From an uncultured bacterium (GTDB taxonomy: Bacteria > Verrucomicrobiota > Kiritimatiellia > PWTM01): a stretch of 64,000 bases of DNA. A program made the position numbers and the translations under genes. Below are positions 20,402 to 30,098 of this stretch, piece by piece (the first letter of the stretch is position 1; every line of letters starts with the position of its first letter). The DNA lies in the NCBI GenBank assembly GCA_937139365.1, contig CAKZPT010000090.1:77346-141345 (forward strand), in the 5' to 3' direction. Below the pieces are notes generated by a model. The model saw only the letters and a program-made list of their open reading frames with translations. It had not been told where the DNA came from and ran no database searches.

Positions 20402-21238
20402 CTACTGCGGACCGCCCCGTCCGGCGCAGAGGCGGACGCCCGCCCGCCACAGCGCCCGCCGAAGGCCACAGAGGCTTTGCAGGCGCAGGTCCGGGGGCGG
20501 ATCGGGCTGGCCGGGCGGGTCGGCCGGACATAACCAGGCGGTCCGGAACCCTGCGCGCGCGGCGGCGGCGACATCGTTCACAGGATGGTCGCCGATCATC
20601 AGCGTCTCGGCGGGCGACACCCCGCGGCGGTGCATGCGTTCGGCGGCGATCGCGTACAGGACCGGAGACGGCTTCGCGATGCCTTCGGCGTATGACCACA
20701 CGCACAGGTCCGGCGCCCAAAACGAGCCGCCGGCGCACGGGAACCGTGCGGCCAGCATGGCCGGCGCCTCGAACTGGGCGTTCGAGACAATGCCCTGCAG
20801 GACGCCGGCCGACCGAAACAACTGGAGCGCCGATCGGGCCCCCGGCCGCGGACGAACGGGGTTGGTCGTCAGCTCCCAGGCCGCCGCCACACGTTCCACA
20901 TCCGGCCGGGGGGCCGCCGCCGGCAGCCAGCCCTGCCGCGCGGCCTCGGCCAGCGTTCGTCGCCACACCTGGCGCACATCCACCTCGGGTACGGCGATGC
21001 CGCGGCGGACGGCCGCGGCCCTGAGCCTGGCGGCCGTTGCGCGGAACCGGCGTTCCATCCGTTCGGCGGCGGCGCCATCCGCTAGCGCGACACCGGCCCA
21101 TTCGAGGGCCTTCCTCACCCCCTCGACGCCGCCTGGGCGGGGCGCCTCGAGCGGGAGGGCTGCCGGGGCCAACACCAGCGTGCCGTAGACGTCCCACAGC
21201 ACCGCACGGATGATCAAGGTCGCCGGGCCGGGGGTCAC
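20402..21238 (-). CDS. HAD superfamily hydrolase. A candidate glucosyl-3-phosphoglycerate phosphatase, given the gpgS context.
   Basis: HAD motif I is DVYGTL (DxxGT). The C-terminal half, ...MIGDHPVNDVAAAARAG..., is motif IV. The GTG start forms a GTGA overlap with the gpgS stop. Confidence 0.55.
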   Translation of the reverse strand: MTPGPATLIIRAVLWDVYGTLVLAPAALPLEAPRPGGVEGVRKALEWAGVALADGAAAERMERRFRATAARLRAAAVRRGIAVPEVDVRQVWRRTLAEAARQGWLPAAAPRPDVERVAAAWELTTNPVRPRPGARSALQLFRSAGVLQGIVSNAQFEAPAMLAARFPCAGGSFWAPDLCVWSYAEGIAKPSPVLYAIAAERMHRRGVSPAETLMIGDHPVNDVAAAARAGFRTAWLCPADPPGQPDPPPDLRLQSLCGLRRALWRAGVRLCAGRGGPQ

Positions 21239-22245
21239 GAGTCCTCCCCGCCGCGGCCCCATCGCCGGCGGTAGTCGGCCACGGAGATCATCGGCGGCCG
21301 TTCCTCCTCCTCCAGGGGGAACTCCGCCGGCTCGTATCCCTCGGCGTCGGGCAGGAACTGGCGCATCACCGTGGCGAGCGGCCGACGCGGCTCGAGGTAG
21401 CCGTAGCGGTGCAGACGGTCGAACAACACCTGGAGGATCCCGAACGACATTCGGCCGAGCGATTCGATCGGCTGGTTACGATGGATGCGCTGATCAAGGT
21501 CCACCTGCGCCATGGCCTCGAGGCCAGCGCGGTGATGGATGTCCATCAGGTGGGCGACCTCGACGCCGTAACCGACGGGAAACGGGAGGCGCTCCAGCAG
21601 CGAGCGGCGGCCCGCGTACTCCCCGGAAAGCGGCTGGATCAGCGCAGTCAGGTCGGGGACCCAGAGCGAAAACATCGGGCGGACGACCAGCTCCGTCACG
21701 CGGCCGCCGCCGGGCGTTCTCTTGCCCCGGGTCAGTTCGAGGGGGCGGTCGTAGAACGCCTTGACGTACTGCACGCCGGGGTCCTCGAGCAGCGGGCCGA
21801 GCAGGCCGTAGACGAACTGCGGCCGGACGTTCCGGATGTCGGCGTCGATGAAGGCGATCAGGTCGCCCTCGCACTGGTAGAGCGCCTTCCAGAGGTTCTC
21901 GCCCTTGCCGCGGCGCGCGCCGGCCGAAGGCAAAATCTCGGAGGCCAGAAACACCCGGGCGCCCCACTCGGCCGCGACCTCGCGCGTGCGGTCGGAGGAG
22001 CCGGAGTCGATCACGACGATCTCGTCGAGCAGCGGCCGGCGGAGCATCAGCTCGGATTTGAGAAGGAGGATCTCCTTGCCGATCGTCCGCTCCTCGTTCA
22101 GGGCGGGCAGGCACAGCGAGATGCGCAGCCCCTGCCGCCGCTTGAGGCCGACAAGGCGTTCCACATCCGCGAAACGGGAATGATGAAAGGTCCTCCGGCG
22201 AAGCCACTCGCGAACGCGATCGTCGAGAGTGGGCGCCGCCGTCAT
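21235..22245 (-). CDS. gpgS: Glucosyl-3-phosphoglycerate synthase (GT81 family)
   Basis: LPALNEERTIG, GKGENLW, FIDADI, GGGRVTELV, QPLSGEYA, RIHRNQP. By my recollection of Rv1208 these are blocks co-linear with mycobacterial GpgS. 336 aa, starting at MTAAPTLDD. The track ORF is extended. Confidence 0.75.
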   Translation of the reverse strand: MTAAPTLDDRVREWLRRRTFHHSRFADVERLVGLKRRQGLRISLCLPALNEERTIGKEILLLKSELMLRRPLLDEIVVIDSGSSDRTREVAAEWGARVFLASEILPSAGARRGKGENLWKALYQCEGDLIAFIDADIRNVRPQFVYGLLGPLLEDPGVQYVKAFYDRPLELTRGKRTPGGGRVTELVVRPMFSLWVPDLTALIQPLSGEYAGRRSLLERLPFPVGYGVEVAHLMDIHHRAGLEAMAQVDLDQRIHRNQPIESLGRMSFGILQVLFDRLHRYGYLEPRRPLATVMRQFLPDAEGYEPAEFPLEEEERPPMISVADYRRRWGRGGEDS

Positions 22246-23411
22246 GGATGGGCCTCCACGTCCGCGGCGACGAGGTTGGCCACCAGCTGCGCCAGGCCCG
22301 TCCAGAGGTCGGGGATGGAGACTTCCTCCTCGACCTCGTCGAGTTCGCCGCGACGGCGGCCGGTCGTGAGGCCGAGGACGATGCCGGGCACGCCGGCCTC
22401 GAGCAGGGCCGCCAGTTGCGTGGTGGTGGAATAGATCATCGGCGGCCGGCCCAGCGCGCCGAGGATCGCCCGCGCGTTGCGCACCAGCGGATGGCCGATG
22501 TCCAGTCCGCCGGGCTCGCGCCAGGTGACCGTGTCCAGCTCCACGACCTTGCCCGAGCGCGCCCGCGCCTCCGCGACGATGTCCTCGATCGCGGTCCGGA
22601 TCCGGCGAAGATCTTCGCCGGACTCGCTGCGGGCCTCGAACCGCAGCACCGTGTCCCGGGCGATCGTGTGGTAGGACAGCCCCCCTTCGATGGAGCCGAG
22701 CACGATCGTGCTCAGCGGTCGCTGGCAGAGCGGGATGCGGCCGATGCGGCCAACGATGTCGGCCATCGGCAGGATCGTCCCGCTGGCTCCGTACTGCGCC
22801 CAGTCGTACTCTGGAGGAAGGCGGCAGGAGATTGCGCCGCGAAACACACCGACGGCCGCGTAGTTGAGCCGGCCGAGCTGGACGCTCTCGAGGCAGAAGC
22901 CGCATGCCAACGGCCAGCGGCTAGCGGCGAGGACGCGCCTCAGGCCGGCGAGGTTGCCGCGGCTCAGCGATTGGGACGTGCCGGCCAGCAGGAGGTTGGA
23001 CCGCAGGCGGACCTGCAGCGAATCGAGGAGCGTCGGCAGGCACGCCAGCGCGGCCAGGGCCAGGCAGTTGTCGCCGACGAAGGGCCCGACCAGCCGGTCC
23101 ACGCCGACCTCGATCTCGCGATGCTCCGGCGCGATGTCCAGCGTGTCCATCGGAACGGCCACCAGCACCGTCGCCGATCCAACCTCGCCGGGGAGCAGAC
23201 CCACGACGTTGTTCAGGTCGTCCACGGCGCCCTGCTCGACACCGGCCTCGCACCACCGATCGCGCACATACGCGGCCCGGCGCCCTTCGCCGCCGGTCGG
23301 GGCGGGCATCTCGCCAAGGCAGACGACGTCCGTGAGCAGGCGCTCCCGCATCGCTTCCGCGGCGGCGCGGAAGCGGGACAGGTGGGCCAGCGCATGGTCC
23401 GTCGCCCTCAT
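22242..23411 (-). CDS. M20/M25/M40-like protein, possibly catalytically degenerate
   Basis: Its length and block order resemble an M20 peptidase/deacetylase, with ATVLVAVPMDTL in place of the HxD metal site. I could not find convincing metal-ligand motifs. There is an ATGA overlap with gpgS. Confidence 0.35.
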   Translation of the reverse strand: MRATDHALAHLSRFRAAAEAMRERLLTDVVCLGEMPAPTGGEGRRAAYVRDRWCEAGVEQGAVDDLNNVVGLLPGEVGSATVLVAVPMDTLDIAPEHREIEVGVDRLVGPFVGDNCLALAALACLPTLLDSLQVRLRSNLLLAGTSQSLSRGNLAGLRRVLAASRWPLACGFCLESVQLGRLNYAAVGVFRGAISCRLPPEYDWAQYGASGTILPMADIVGRIGRIPLCQRPLSTIVLGSIEGGLSYHTIARDTVLRFEARSESGEDLRRIRTAIEDIVAEARARSGKVVELDTVTWREPGGLDIGHPLVRNARAILGALGRPPMIYSTTTQLAALLEAGVPGIVLGLTTGRRRGELDEVEEEVSIPDLWTGLAQLVANLVAADVEAHP

Positions 23412-23516
23412 GGTGCCCGCCCTTTATGCTGCACCGAACCGTGCGGTGTCGAGAGCGCAGCAGATGCGCTCGCCGCCTGGCTGGGCCCGCCGCCAAACCG
23501 CATGCCATCGGCCGCG

Positions 23517-23954
23517 CTATTGCCGGTACCACTGCTGCACCTGGCCGACGTAGCGCGGACCACCCGTGACCACCAGGGTCATGTGGTTCCGACTGTGGAT
23601 CACGCCCTCCTTGCGGGCCGTGAAGTTGTCTTCTGGATGGGTGTCGAACGTCACTGCCACGTACAGCACGACCTCGTCCCCGTTCACCACCCCGGCGATG
23701 TCGCCGCGAACCGTGGGATCGGACGGCTCGACGAACACGCCCTGCACCGACCGACCGCGTTGGGTCAATTTGTAGAGCGACTCACGCCCCTGAAAGCGCC
23801 AGATGCCGGTCAGATCGTATTCCTCGTCCGCCGGCTGGGCCGGCGGAGAACCGTCGTCGCCGTCATCGTCCCCGCCTTCGTCGCAACCCGCCACGACCAG
23901 CCCCGCCAGAGCGGCCGCCGCCACCGTTCGCCACCACCGTGCCGTTCGTCTCAC
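23517..23954 (-). CDS. Lipoprotein, unknown function
   Basis: Signal peptide with lipobox LAGLVVAGC, followed by an acidic low-complexity linker DEGGDDDGDDGSPP and then a small domain. Confidence 0.45.
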   Translation of the reverse strand: MRRTARWWRTVAAAALAGLVVAGCDEGGDDDGDDGSPPAQPADEEYDLTGIWRFQGRESLYKLTQRGRSVQGVFVEPSDPTVRGDIAGVVNGDEVVLYVAVTFDTHPEDNFTARKEGVIHSRNHMTLVVTGGPRYVGQVQQWYRQ

Positions 23955-23991
23955 CGCCTGCCCGTCCTCGATGGCCCGATGCCCGCGACGC

Positions 23992-25068
23992 TCAGAGCGC
24001 TACCCGGGTGCGGAATTCCGCCTCGACCGCCTCGCCCGCCGGCAGCGCGATCACGCCGTGCCCGGCCCAGCCCCGGGCCATCAGGTTGATTCCGTTGTTC
24101 GCGTTGGCCGCCGGCTCGAGAGCGAAGACCGGGCGATCCGTCGGATTGAAGTACACGAGGTTCACGCAGTTGGCGGAACATTCGTACCCCAGTTTGACTC
24201 CGCTGTCGGGCCATTCGATTTCGGCGCGGCCGTCCCATCCGCCCAGGCAGACGTCGTAGCGGCGGTCGGGGGCGACCGGGCGCGGGGAGGAAAAGTCCAA
24301 GTCGGGCGGCAACGGCTCGAGCGGTCCGTTGGGCAGGCAGTCGCCGTCCGGATCCGGCCAGACGCCGCCCAGCCGGGCGCGCACGAGCACCGGCTCGCCG
24401 GCGGCGGTCAGGGAACGCCGGTAATACGGGTGCCAGCCGAAGCCGGCGGGCATCGTCGAGTCGCCGCGGTTGACGATGCGGAGCCGCTGGGTGAGCGCGT
24501 CCTCGTCGAGCACGATCTCGGCGGCGATCTCCATCGGCCACGGCCAGTTGAAATCGGCAAAGTCCGCCGTGCGCAGCGACAGGCGCAGGCGCGCATCGCC
24601 GCGTTCGGCCACCGTCCATGGCCGCGAGCGGGCGTCGCCGTGGATCGCATGGTTCGCGCCGTTGCGAAGCCGGTGCTCCCGTCCCTCGAACACGAACACG
24701 CCGTTCTCGATGCGGTTGGAGTACGGGATCATCATCCAGCTCGCATATCGCATTTTCAGGCCCGGGTCACGCACATCGGGATACAGATCCAGCCACGCGT
24801 TGCCGCGCCATACCTTCCACGCCAGCAGCCCCGCCCCGTCGCCGGGGGCGACGACCAGCTTCATCCTCCGGTTGGACAGTTCGATTTCCTCGCGCACCGC
24901 GACCTCCCGCGCCGTCGCCGGCGGCGCGGGCGGCGCGGCCCGCGCCAGGCGGCCCGCACACCACCATCCGCCGGCGGCCAGGGCCGCGCGCCGGAGCGCC
25001 TCCCGGCGACCAACCAGCGGACTGTCCTCGATCCGTGGTCTCCTCAACGGTTCCTCCGCACGGCTCAC
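23992..25068 (-). CDS. Aldose 1-epimerase (galactose mutarotase-like) family protein with Tat signal
   Basis: Tat motif RREALRRAALAAGGWW. Mutarotase-fold motifs NRGDSTMPAGFGWHPYY and LEPAANANNG. Confidence 0.6.
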   Translation of the reverse strand: MSRAEEPLRRPRIEDSPLVGRREALRRAALAAGGWWCAGRLARAAPPAPPATAREVAVREEIELSNRRMKLVVAPGDGAGLLAWKVWRGNAWLDLYPDVRDPGLKMRYASWMMIPYSNRIENGVFVFEGREHRLRNGANHAIHGDARSRPWTVAERGDARLRLSLRTADFADFNWPWPMEIAAEIVLDEDALTQRLRIVNRGDSTMPAGFGWHPYYRRSLTAAGEPVLVRARLGGVWPDPDGDCLPNGPLEPLPPDLDFSSPRPVAPDRRYDVCLGGWDGRAEIEWPDSGVKLGYECSANCVNLVYFNPTDRPVFALEPAANANNGINLMARGWAGHGVIALPAGEAVEAEFRTRVAL

Positions 25069-25077
25069 CTGGCCCCG

Positions 25078-25773
25078 TCACGGCCCGTCCGGCGGGGGCG
25101 GCCGCTCGCGCAACCGGATCCCCCGCACCGCCCCGGCCGTCCGCCACGTCGAGATGGCCAGCGGCACTGCGATTTCGATCTCGCCAGGCCGCATGTGCAC
25201 ACGCCGGCCGGCGACGTCCGCGGCGATGACCTGTTTTCCGTCCAGGTCCGCCTCGATCCTCCCCGGCATCACGCGGACCGACAACGAATACCACCGGCCG
25301 GTCTCGAAATCGCGGGTCAGGCTCGTCTCGTTTTCCGAGGCGTCGAGGCCATCGATGCTGGAGATGCCGACGATCGTGCCGCCCCAGCCGCCGACGACGA
25401 GGGTAAAGCAGTTGGTGCCGTAGGGGAGCGTCAGCCCACAAAAGAAATCGCCGCCCGAGACCCGCATTGCGTCGAGCCGCACCTCGTAATTCATGGTCGG
25501 GGCGGGGTTGGTATAGGTGATCCCCGTAAGGTCGTCGCCGGCGCCGAGGTAGATCGCCGGGCCGGCCGGGGCGCCGGGCGGCGCGTCGGCGGGGCGGTCC
25601 GCTTCCAGCACACGGATCTCGCCGGGGCGGACGTACTCGGTCCGCTTCCAGCCTTCGAGGTCGCGACCGTTGAACAGCTCGCGCCAGGGGCCAGGCTCCG
25701 CCGCGACCGCCGCCGCGGCCAGGCCGAACGCCATCCCCCGCCATACACCACAACCTCGGCGGCACGCCACCAT
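25078..25773 (-). CDS. Secreted DUF1080 (3-keto-disaccharide hydrolase-like, concanavalin-type) domain protein
   Basis: N-terminal signal peptide. LFNGRDLEGWK is the hallmark DUF1080 N-terminal motif. Confidence 0.55.
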   Translation of the reverse strand: MVACRRGCGVWRGMAFGLAAAAVAAEPGPWRELFNGRDLEGWKRTEYVRPGEIRVLEADRPADAPPGAPAGPAIYLGAGDDLTGITYTNPAPTMNYEVRLDAMRVSGGDFFCGLTLPYGTNCFTLVVGGWGGTIVGISSIDGLDASENETSLTRDFETGRWYSLSVRVMPGRIEADLDGKQVIAADVAGRRVHMRPGEIEIAVPLAISTWRTAGAVRGIRLRERPPPPDGP

Positions 25774-25803
25774 CGTCGTCGTCCTCCGGTTCGTTTCCTG
25801 ATC

Positions 25804-26733
25804 TTATCGTCGCCGGCCGTCGGCGACGAGCCGCGCGGCCAGCCAGCGCGCCACTTCGACCGCCACCTCCCGCTCGCGCCCGTGAAAGCCATGGTCCGCG
25901 CCGCGGACCGTCCGCGTCCACGTCGCGCCGGGCCGGAGAGCTGCGAGCCGACGAAGCATCCAACGGACCGGACGCACGGCGTATTCCTCGCGATCGCCGA
26001 ACAGCACCAGGGTCGGCGTCCCGAGGCGGCGCCAGGCCCGCATCGGCCCCTCGTAGTCGAACAGGGAGGCCTCGATCGAACGCTCGTCCGCCAAGCTGAG
26101 AAAGCGCCGGGCGGTGAAGAGGTGCGGCAGGCCGGGGACGGGCTCGCCGCCGCGGCCGCCGGCCGCCATCGCGCGCGCCTGCGCCAACGCACGGGCCCAG
26201 CGCCGGCCAAGCTCGCGTCGCAGGATCGCGCGGTCGTCGGCCGGCGCCAGCGCAACGAACGCGCGCACGTCCGGCGGTCGGCGGCGGTCGAGGTAGTGTA
26301 GGCTCTTCTGGCATCCCGTGCTGTGGCCGATCAGCCCCAGTCGCCGCCCACCGGTCCGGCGAATGAATTCGAGCGCCGCGTCGAGATCGGCTAGACACGC
26401 GCCGAACGGCTCGTCCAATGTGCCCCGTTCCGCACCCCTCGTGTTGACGGACAGCAGCGAAACGCCGGCCGCCGGCAGATGGCTCAACATCGCCTTCTTC
26501 AGCTCCGAACGGTAGAAATTGCTGAACATGCCGTGGACGTAGACGGCCGCCGCCTCGGGCCGCGAGGCGGGCGCGAAAAATCCATCGAGGCGCCGGCGCC
26601 CGCGGCCGACCGGAAGACAGACCAGTTCCCCGCGCCAGCAACGCGGCCCCGGCGCAAGGCGGCTCACGGGCGCACCGCTCCCGCGATCGCCGCGCGGACG
26701 CCTTCGACCCGATCGGGCGGCACGGCCAACCAA
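25804..26733 (-). CDS. Alpha/beta hydrolase fold protein. The start is uncertain and probably internal to the track ORF.
   Basis: The nucleophile elbow GHSTG sits within LGLIGHSTGCQ, preceded by the oxyanion-hole region VYVHGMFS. Confidence 0.5.
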   Translation of the reverse strand: MVGRAARSGRRRPRGDRGSGAPVSRLAPGPRCWRGELVCLPVGRGRRRLDGFFAPASRPEAAAVYVHGMFSNFYRSELKKAMLSHLPAAGVSLLSVNTRGAERGTLDEPFGACLADLDAALEFIRRTGGRRLGLIGHSTGCQKSLHYLDRRRPPDVRAFVALAPADDRAILRRELGRRWARALAQARAMAAGGRGGEPVPGLPHLFTARRFLSLADERSIEASLFDYEGPMRAWRRLGTPTLVLFGDREEYAVRPVRWMLRRLAALRPGATWTRTVRGADHGFHGREREVAVEVARWLAARLVADGRRR

Positions 26734-27893
26734 CGCGCCCTGCGCAGCCGCAAGCCCACCGCGCCCGGCGACAGCGTGAAACTGGTCACGTGGCGCCCAC
26801 CGGCGTTGAACACGTGGGTTCGGCCCTGGGGGCCGCAGACGACGAAGGTCTCCGCCTTTTCGTCGTAGAAAAACGCCTCCGGCGGCGCCCCGGCGACGTC
26901 CTCGAGCGCCTTCGGGACGGGCCGACGGTCTTCGAGACGCCGCCGCTCAGCGTGTCGGGTGCGGCGGCCGCTCTGGCGGGCGGAGCGCTCGATCGCATCC
27001 GCCAGCCGCCGCAGGACGGCCGGAACGCGGGAAAGGATCGCCCTTAGCGCATCCGGGGGCGCGTCGGCCGGCAGTCCGGCGGCCAGCCGGTCCATCTGGG
27101 AGACCGCGCGCAGGGCGGCGGCGCGCGCCCGGGCGACGCCCGCCCCGCGATCCGCCCCTAGCCAGTCTTCCAAGCCGCCGCCCACCGGTCCGCCGACCGT
27201 GTTGAGGCGAATCTCGCGACGGCCGGCGGTGCCGCGGCATTCGACGATCTGAATGGTGAGCGCAAAACGATCTGCCGGCTCCTCGCCGGCGCAGAAATAG
27301 CCCGCGACGACCTGGCCGAGGATCGAATACGTTCGCGAGGCACGGCCAAACTCCGCCATTTGGCGCCGCCGGAGCTCCCGGCCCATGACCGTCGCGGTGA
27401 CGGGTCGACCCGGCGACTCGAACACGTCGGCGACGCGGGGATCGTGGCGTTCTAGAAGCCACTGGCCCAGCTCGCGCCACTCCGGCCGCCCCATGGGGTC
27501 GTAGCCCGCAAACACCGAGAGCGGACCGGGCGGCGTCGCATGGTCGCAGACCGACGACCCGCATTTGAAACAGTGCACCGCGCCCTCCCGGTAGACCCCC
27601 ACCCGCGCGTGCAACGTGTCGAGCTGGCCGGCGATCTGCGCCTCGAGGGGCGGATCGAATTCCACGGCCCAGCCCGCGGACGGCCGCGCGCGCAGCCGCA
27701 GCTTCAGCTCGAGGTCCGGCGCGCCGGGAGCGACCGCGCCGTGATGCGCGTCGTGGATATCGCGCACGACCGCCCGCAGCGCGTCGAGCACCGCCTGCTG
27801 TCGACGGGCCAGGCGACCGGGCTCGCCGACAGACCGACCGACGGCCGGCGTCGACTCGTTACCAGGAGTTTCGGCGGACGCGGGAGGAGTCAC
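26664..27893 (-). CDS. Hypothetical protein (about 390-409 aa) with a possible zinc-ribbon-like CxxC-x4-CxH patch
   Basis: I recognise no family. It contains HCFKCGSSVCDH. The coding frame has GC3 bias. The start is probably a GTG near 27842, which would avoid overlap with the nitroreductase gene. Confidence 0.45.
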   Translation of the reverse strand: MTPPASAETPGNESTPAVGRSVGEPGRLARRQQAVLDALRAVVRDIHDAHHGAVAPGAPDLELKLRLRARPSAGWAVEFDPPLEAQIAGQLDTLHARVGVYREGAVHCFKCGSSVCDHATPPGPLSVFAGYDPMGRPEWRELGQWLLERHDPRVADVFESPGRPVTATVMGRELRRRQMAEFGRASRTYSILGQVVAGYFCAGEEPADRFALTIQIVECRGTAGRREIRLNTVGGPVGGGLEDWLGADRGAGVARARAAALRAVSQMDRLAAGLPADAPPDALRAILSRVPAVLRRLADAIERSARQSGRRTRHAERRRLEDRRPVPKALEDVAGAPPEAFFYDEKAETFVVCGPQGRTHVFNAGGRHVTSFTLSPGAVGLRLRRARWLAVPPDRVEGVRAAIAGAVRP

Positions 27894-28371
27894 GGCGATC
27901 CTCCGGCGGAGGGGTTTCGGCGGGCACGCCGATGGCGATCAACGCGAACGGCACGATTTCCGGCGGCACGCCCAGCGCCTCGCGCACCGCGCGTTCGCGG
28001 TCCGCGACGGGGTGAAGCCCGATCCAGACGGCCCCCAGCCCGCACGCATGGGCGGCGATCAGGAGGTTCTCGGCCGCGGCGGCGCAGTCCTGCGGCCAGA
28101 AGCCGGGGATTTTTTCACGGGCCGGCTCCGCGCAGATGAGAACTCCCAACGGCGCGGTCTCGAGCATGTCGCACTTCGGCATCGCCGCTGCCAACCCCCG
28201 CAACGTCTCGCGGCGGTCCACCACTACGAACTGCCAGGGCCGGGCGTCGCCCGCCGATGGGGATTGAAACAACACCCTGAGGAACAGGTCGACCGTCTCC
28301 GGCGACACGGGCCGGTCAGGATCGAACCGGCGGACGCTGCGGCGGGTCAGCAGGGCTTCGATGGCATCCAT
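27859..28371 (-). CDS. Nitroreductase family protein
   Basis: RRSVRRFDPDRPVS...WQFVVV...NLLIAAHACGLGAVWIG is the FMN-dependent nitroreductase fold pattern. It starts at MDAIEALL. Confidence 0.7.
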   Translation of the reverse strand: MDAIEALLTRRSVRRFDPDRPVSPETVDLFLRVLFQSPSAGDARPWQFVVVDRRETLRGLAAAMPKCDMLETAPLGVLICAEPAREKIPGFWPQDCAAAAENLLIAAHACGLGAVWIGLHPVADRERAVREALGVPPEIVPFALIAIGVPAETPPPEDRRDSSRVRRNSW

Positions 28372-28385
28372 GCGGCCTCCTTCCT

Positions 28386-29282
28386 TCATTCCAGCGGCAG
28401 ACGGTTCACGAGTGACTCGTATTCCGCCGGCAGCCGCGCTGCCTCCATTTCCACGGACTCGCGACGGCGCCGGCCCTCCTCGTCCACCCGCACGCGCTCG
28501 TCCCGAACTCGGATCCAGGGGGCCTCGGCGTCCTCCCGGTAGACCAGTTCGAAACGCACAGTGCGATGGTCGCGGCCGAATCCGCCGAACCGCCGGTCCA
28601 GGTCCCGGCCGGCGGCGGCGGCGGCCCAGGGGGCGCGGTTGGTGCCCAAAGCCGTCTCCAGCGCCGCCATCAGGTGTCGCCGTACCTCCTCGCCGGCGGC
28701 CTCGTGCGGCGGGATCTCGACCACCAGCTCAGAGGCCGTCGGCATCGTGGCCTGGAGCACCCGCGCCTCAGCCTCGTCCGCCATGGCGCGCGCGACGCGG
28801 AAGGCGTCGTCCAGCCGCTCCCGTTCCGCAGGGGTCAGCCGGAGAAGGGCGGCCAGGTCGTCGTGCACGCGAAACTCGTCCGTCACCGCAGGCATGTCCA
28901 GCCGTCCGACGAGATGTTCGGGGATCGGATAACGCCCTTGAAAGTTGTCGAGGATCCATCGCAACAGCGCCTGTAACTGGTTTCGAAGCGCCTCGTTCTC
29001 CATCTCCAGTCGCTTCTGCGCGGCATGCAGAGCCTCGTTCTCGGCGACCAGAGCGGCACGACGTTCCGCCTCGTGGTCGGCGACCCGCGGTGGCGCGGAC
29101 GGGCGGCTGGTGTCGGGGAAGGCGGTCGGAGAGGCACCGGCAGGTACGGCCGCGGGGAGGTCCCGGGTGGCTGCGGCTTGCGGGGCAGGCGCCGCGCCCC
29201 GCCCACTCCACACGATTGCGCCGATGGAAACTGCGGCGGCCGCGGCCGCGTACAGGAGGTTGGACACTCCGCGCCACATCAT
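28386..29282 (-). CDS. Membrane-anchored coiled-coil hypothetical protein
   Basis: N-terminal TM segment VSNLLYAAAAAAVSIGAIVW, a Pro/Ala-rich linker, and a heptad-like stretch EALHAAQKRLEMENEALRNQLQALL. Confidence 0.45.
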   Translation of the reverse strand: MMWRGVSNLLYAAAAAAVSIGAIVWSGRGAAPAPQAAATRDLPAAVPAGASPTAFPDTSRPSAPPRVADHEAERRAALVAENEALHAAQKRLEMENEALRNQLQALLRWILDNFQGRYPIPEHLVGRLDMPAVTDEFRVHDDLAALLRLTPAERERLDDAFRVARAMADEAEARVLQATMPTASELVVEIPPHEAAGEEVRRHLMAALETALGTNRAPWAAAAAGRDLDRRFGGFGRDHRTVRFELVYREDAEAPWIRVRDERVRVDEEGRRRRESVEMEAARLPAEYESLVNRLPLE

Positions 29283-29408
29283 CGGCTCTATCTAGCACCC
29301 GCTAGCGCACGAAGCCAGTCGGCCCGGTCCAGATCGGACGACAGGGGCGAGTTCCCACGGAATCAACGCCGCAACTTCAGGTCGCTCCCGCCCGTCGGGC
29401 CACGCCGG

Positions 29409-30098
29409 TCACCGCGGCATGCCCGGCCCAGCCGCAGACACATCGAGCCACAGCTCGACCGACGGATGACCCGCCACGGCGAGGCCGGCCGGCAGCGACG
29501 CCGGTTGCTCGAGCCACCGCGCCACCACAGCACGCTTTTCCGCCCCGGTGACGACGAAGAGAAGCCGCTCGATCCGTTCCAGCAATCGTGGGGCGACGCT
29601 GACGCGATCCGGCGGCGACGGCCTCCGGACGGCGACCGCCCATCGTCCGCCCACGCGGGCCTGCTCCACCTCGTCCAGGCTGAACAACGAGGCCGTATGG
29701 CCGTCGGCACCCAAGCCGAGCAATCCTAACGGGAACCGGACCCCCTCCGTGACCCAGCCGGCCAGCAGCCGATCGTACGCGTCGGCCGCCGCCTCGATGG
29801 GCCAGTCGGTCCGAACGGAAAAAAACAGGTCCCGCGGAAGACCGGCGGCGGCCAGGGGCGGCACCACGTGGAATGCATTGGAATCGGGCGAGTCTGGCGG
29901 CGCCATCCGTTCGTCGCTAAGAAACACGCGGGCCCACGCCTGCGGGGAGTGGGCGGCTAGGCGTCCGTAGGCGTCCAGCGGCGTGCGGCCGCCGGCCAGC
30001 ATCACGGCGCAGCGCGGTCCGCCGCTCAGCGCATCGACCAGGCGCACGGCGAGGGCCTCGGCCAACGCCGTGGCGCTCTCGAACACGCGAATCTGCAT
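29409..30098 (-). CDS. pgl: 6-phosphogluconolactonase / glucosamine-6-P deaminase family
   Basis: MLAGGRTP...FLSDER...GLLGLGADGHTASLF are the family motifs. Confidence 0.7.
   Translation of the reverse strand: MQIRVFESATALAEALAVRLVDALSGGPRCAVMLAGGRTPLDAYGRLAAHSPQAWARVFLSDERMAPPDSPDSNAFHVVPPLAAAGLPRDLFFSVRTDWPIEAAADAYDRLLAGWVTEGVRFPLGLLGLGADGHTASLFSLDEVEQARVGGRWAVAVRRPSPPDRVSVAPRLLERIERLLFVVTGAEKRAVVARWLEQPASLPAGLAVAGHPSVELWLDVSAAGPGMPR

Noticed and set aside
22248-26301. 613-aa and 832-aa plus-strand ORFs (22248..24089 and 23803..26301)
   Set aside because: They are antisense to a string of well-supported minus-strand genes: the M20-like gene, the lipoprotein, the aldose epimerase and the DUF1080 gene. 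They are GC-shadow ORFs.
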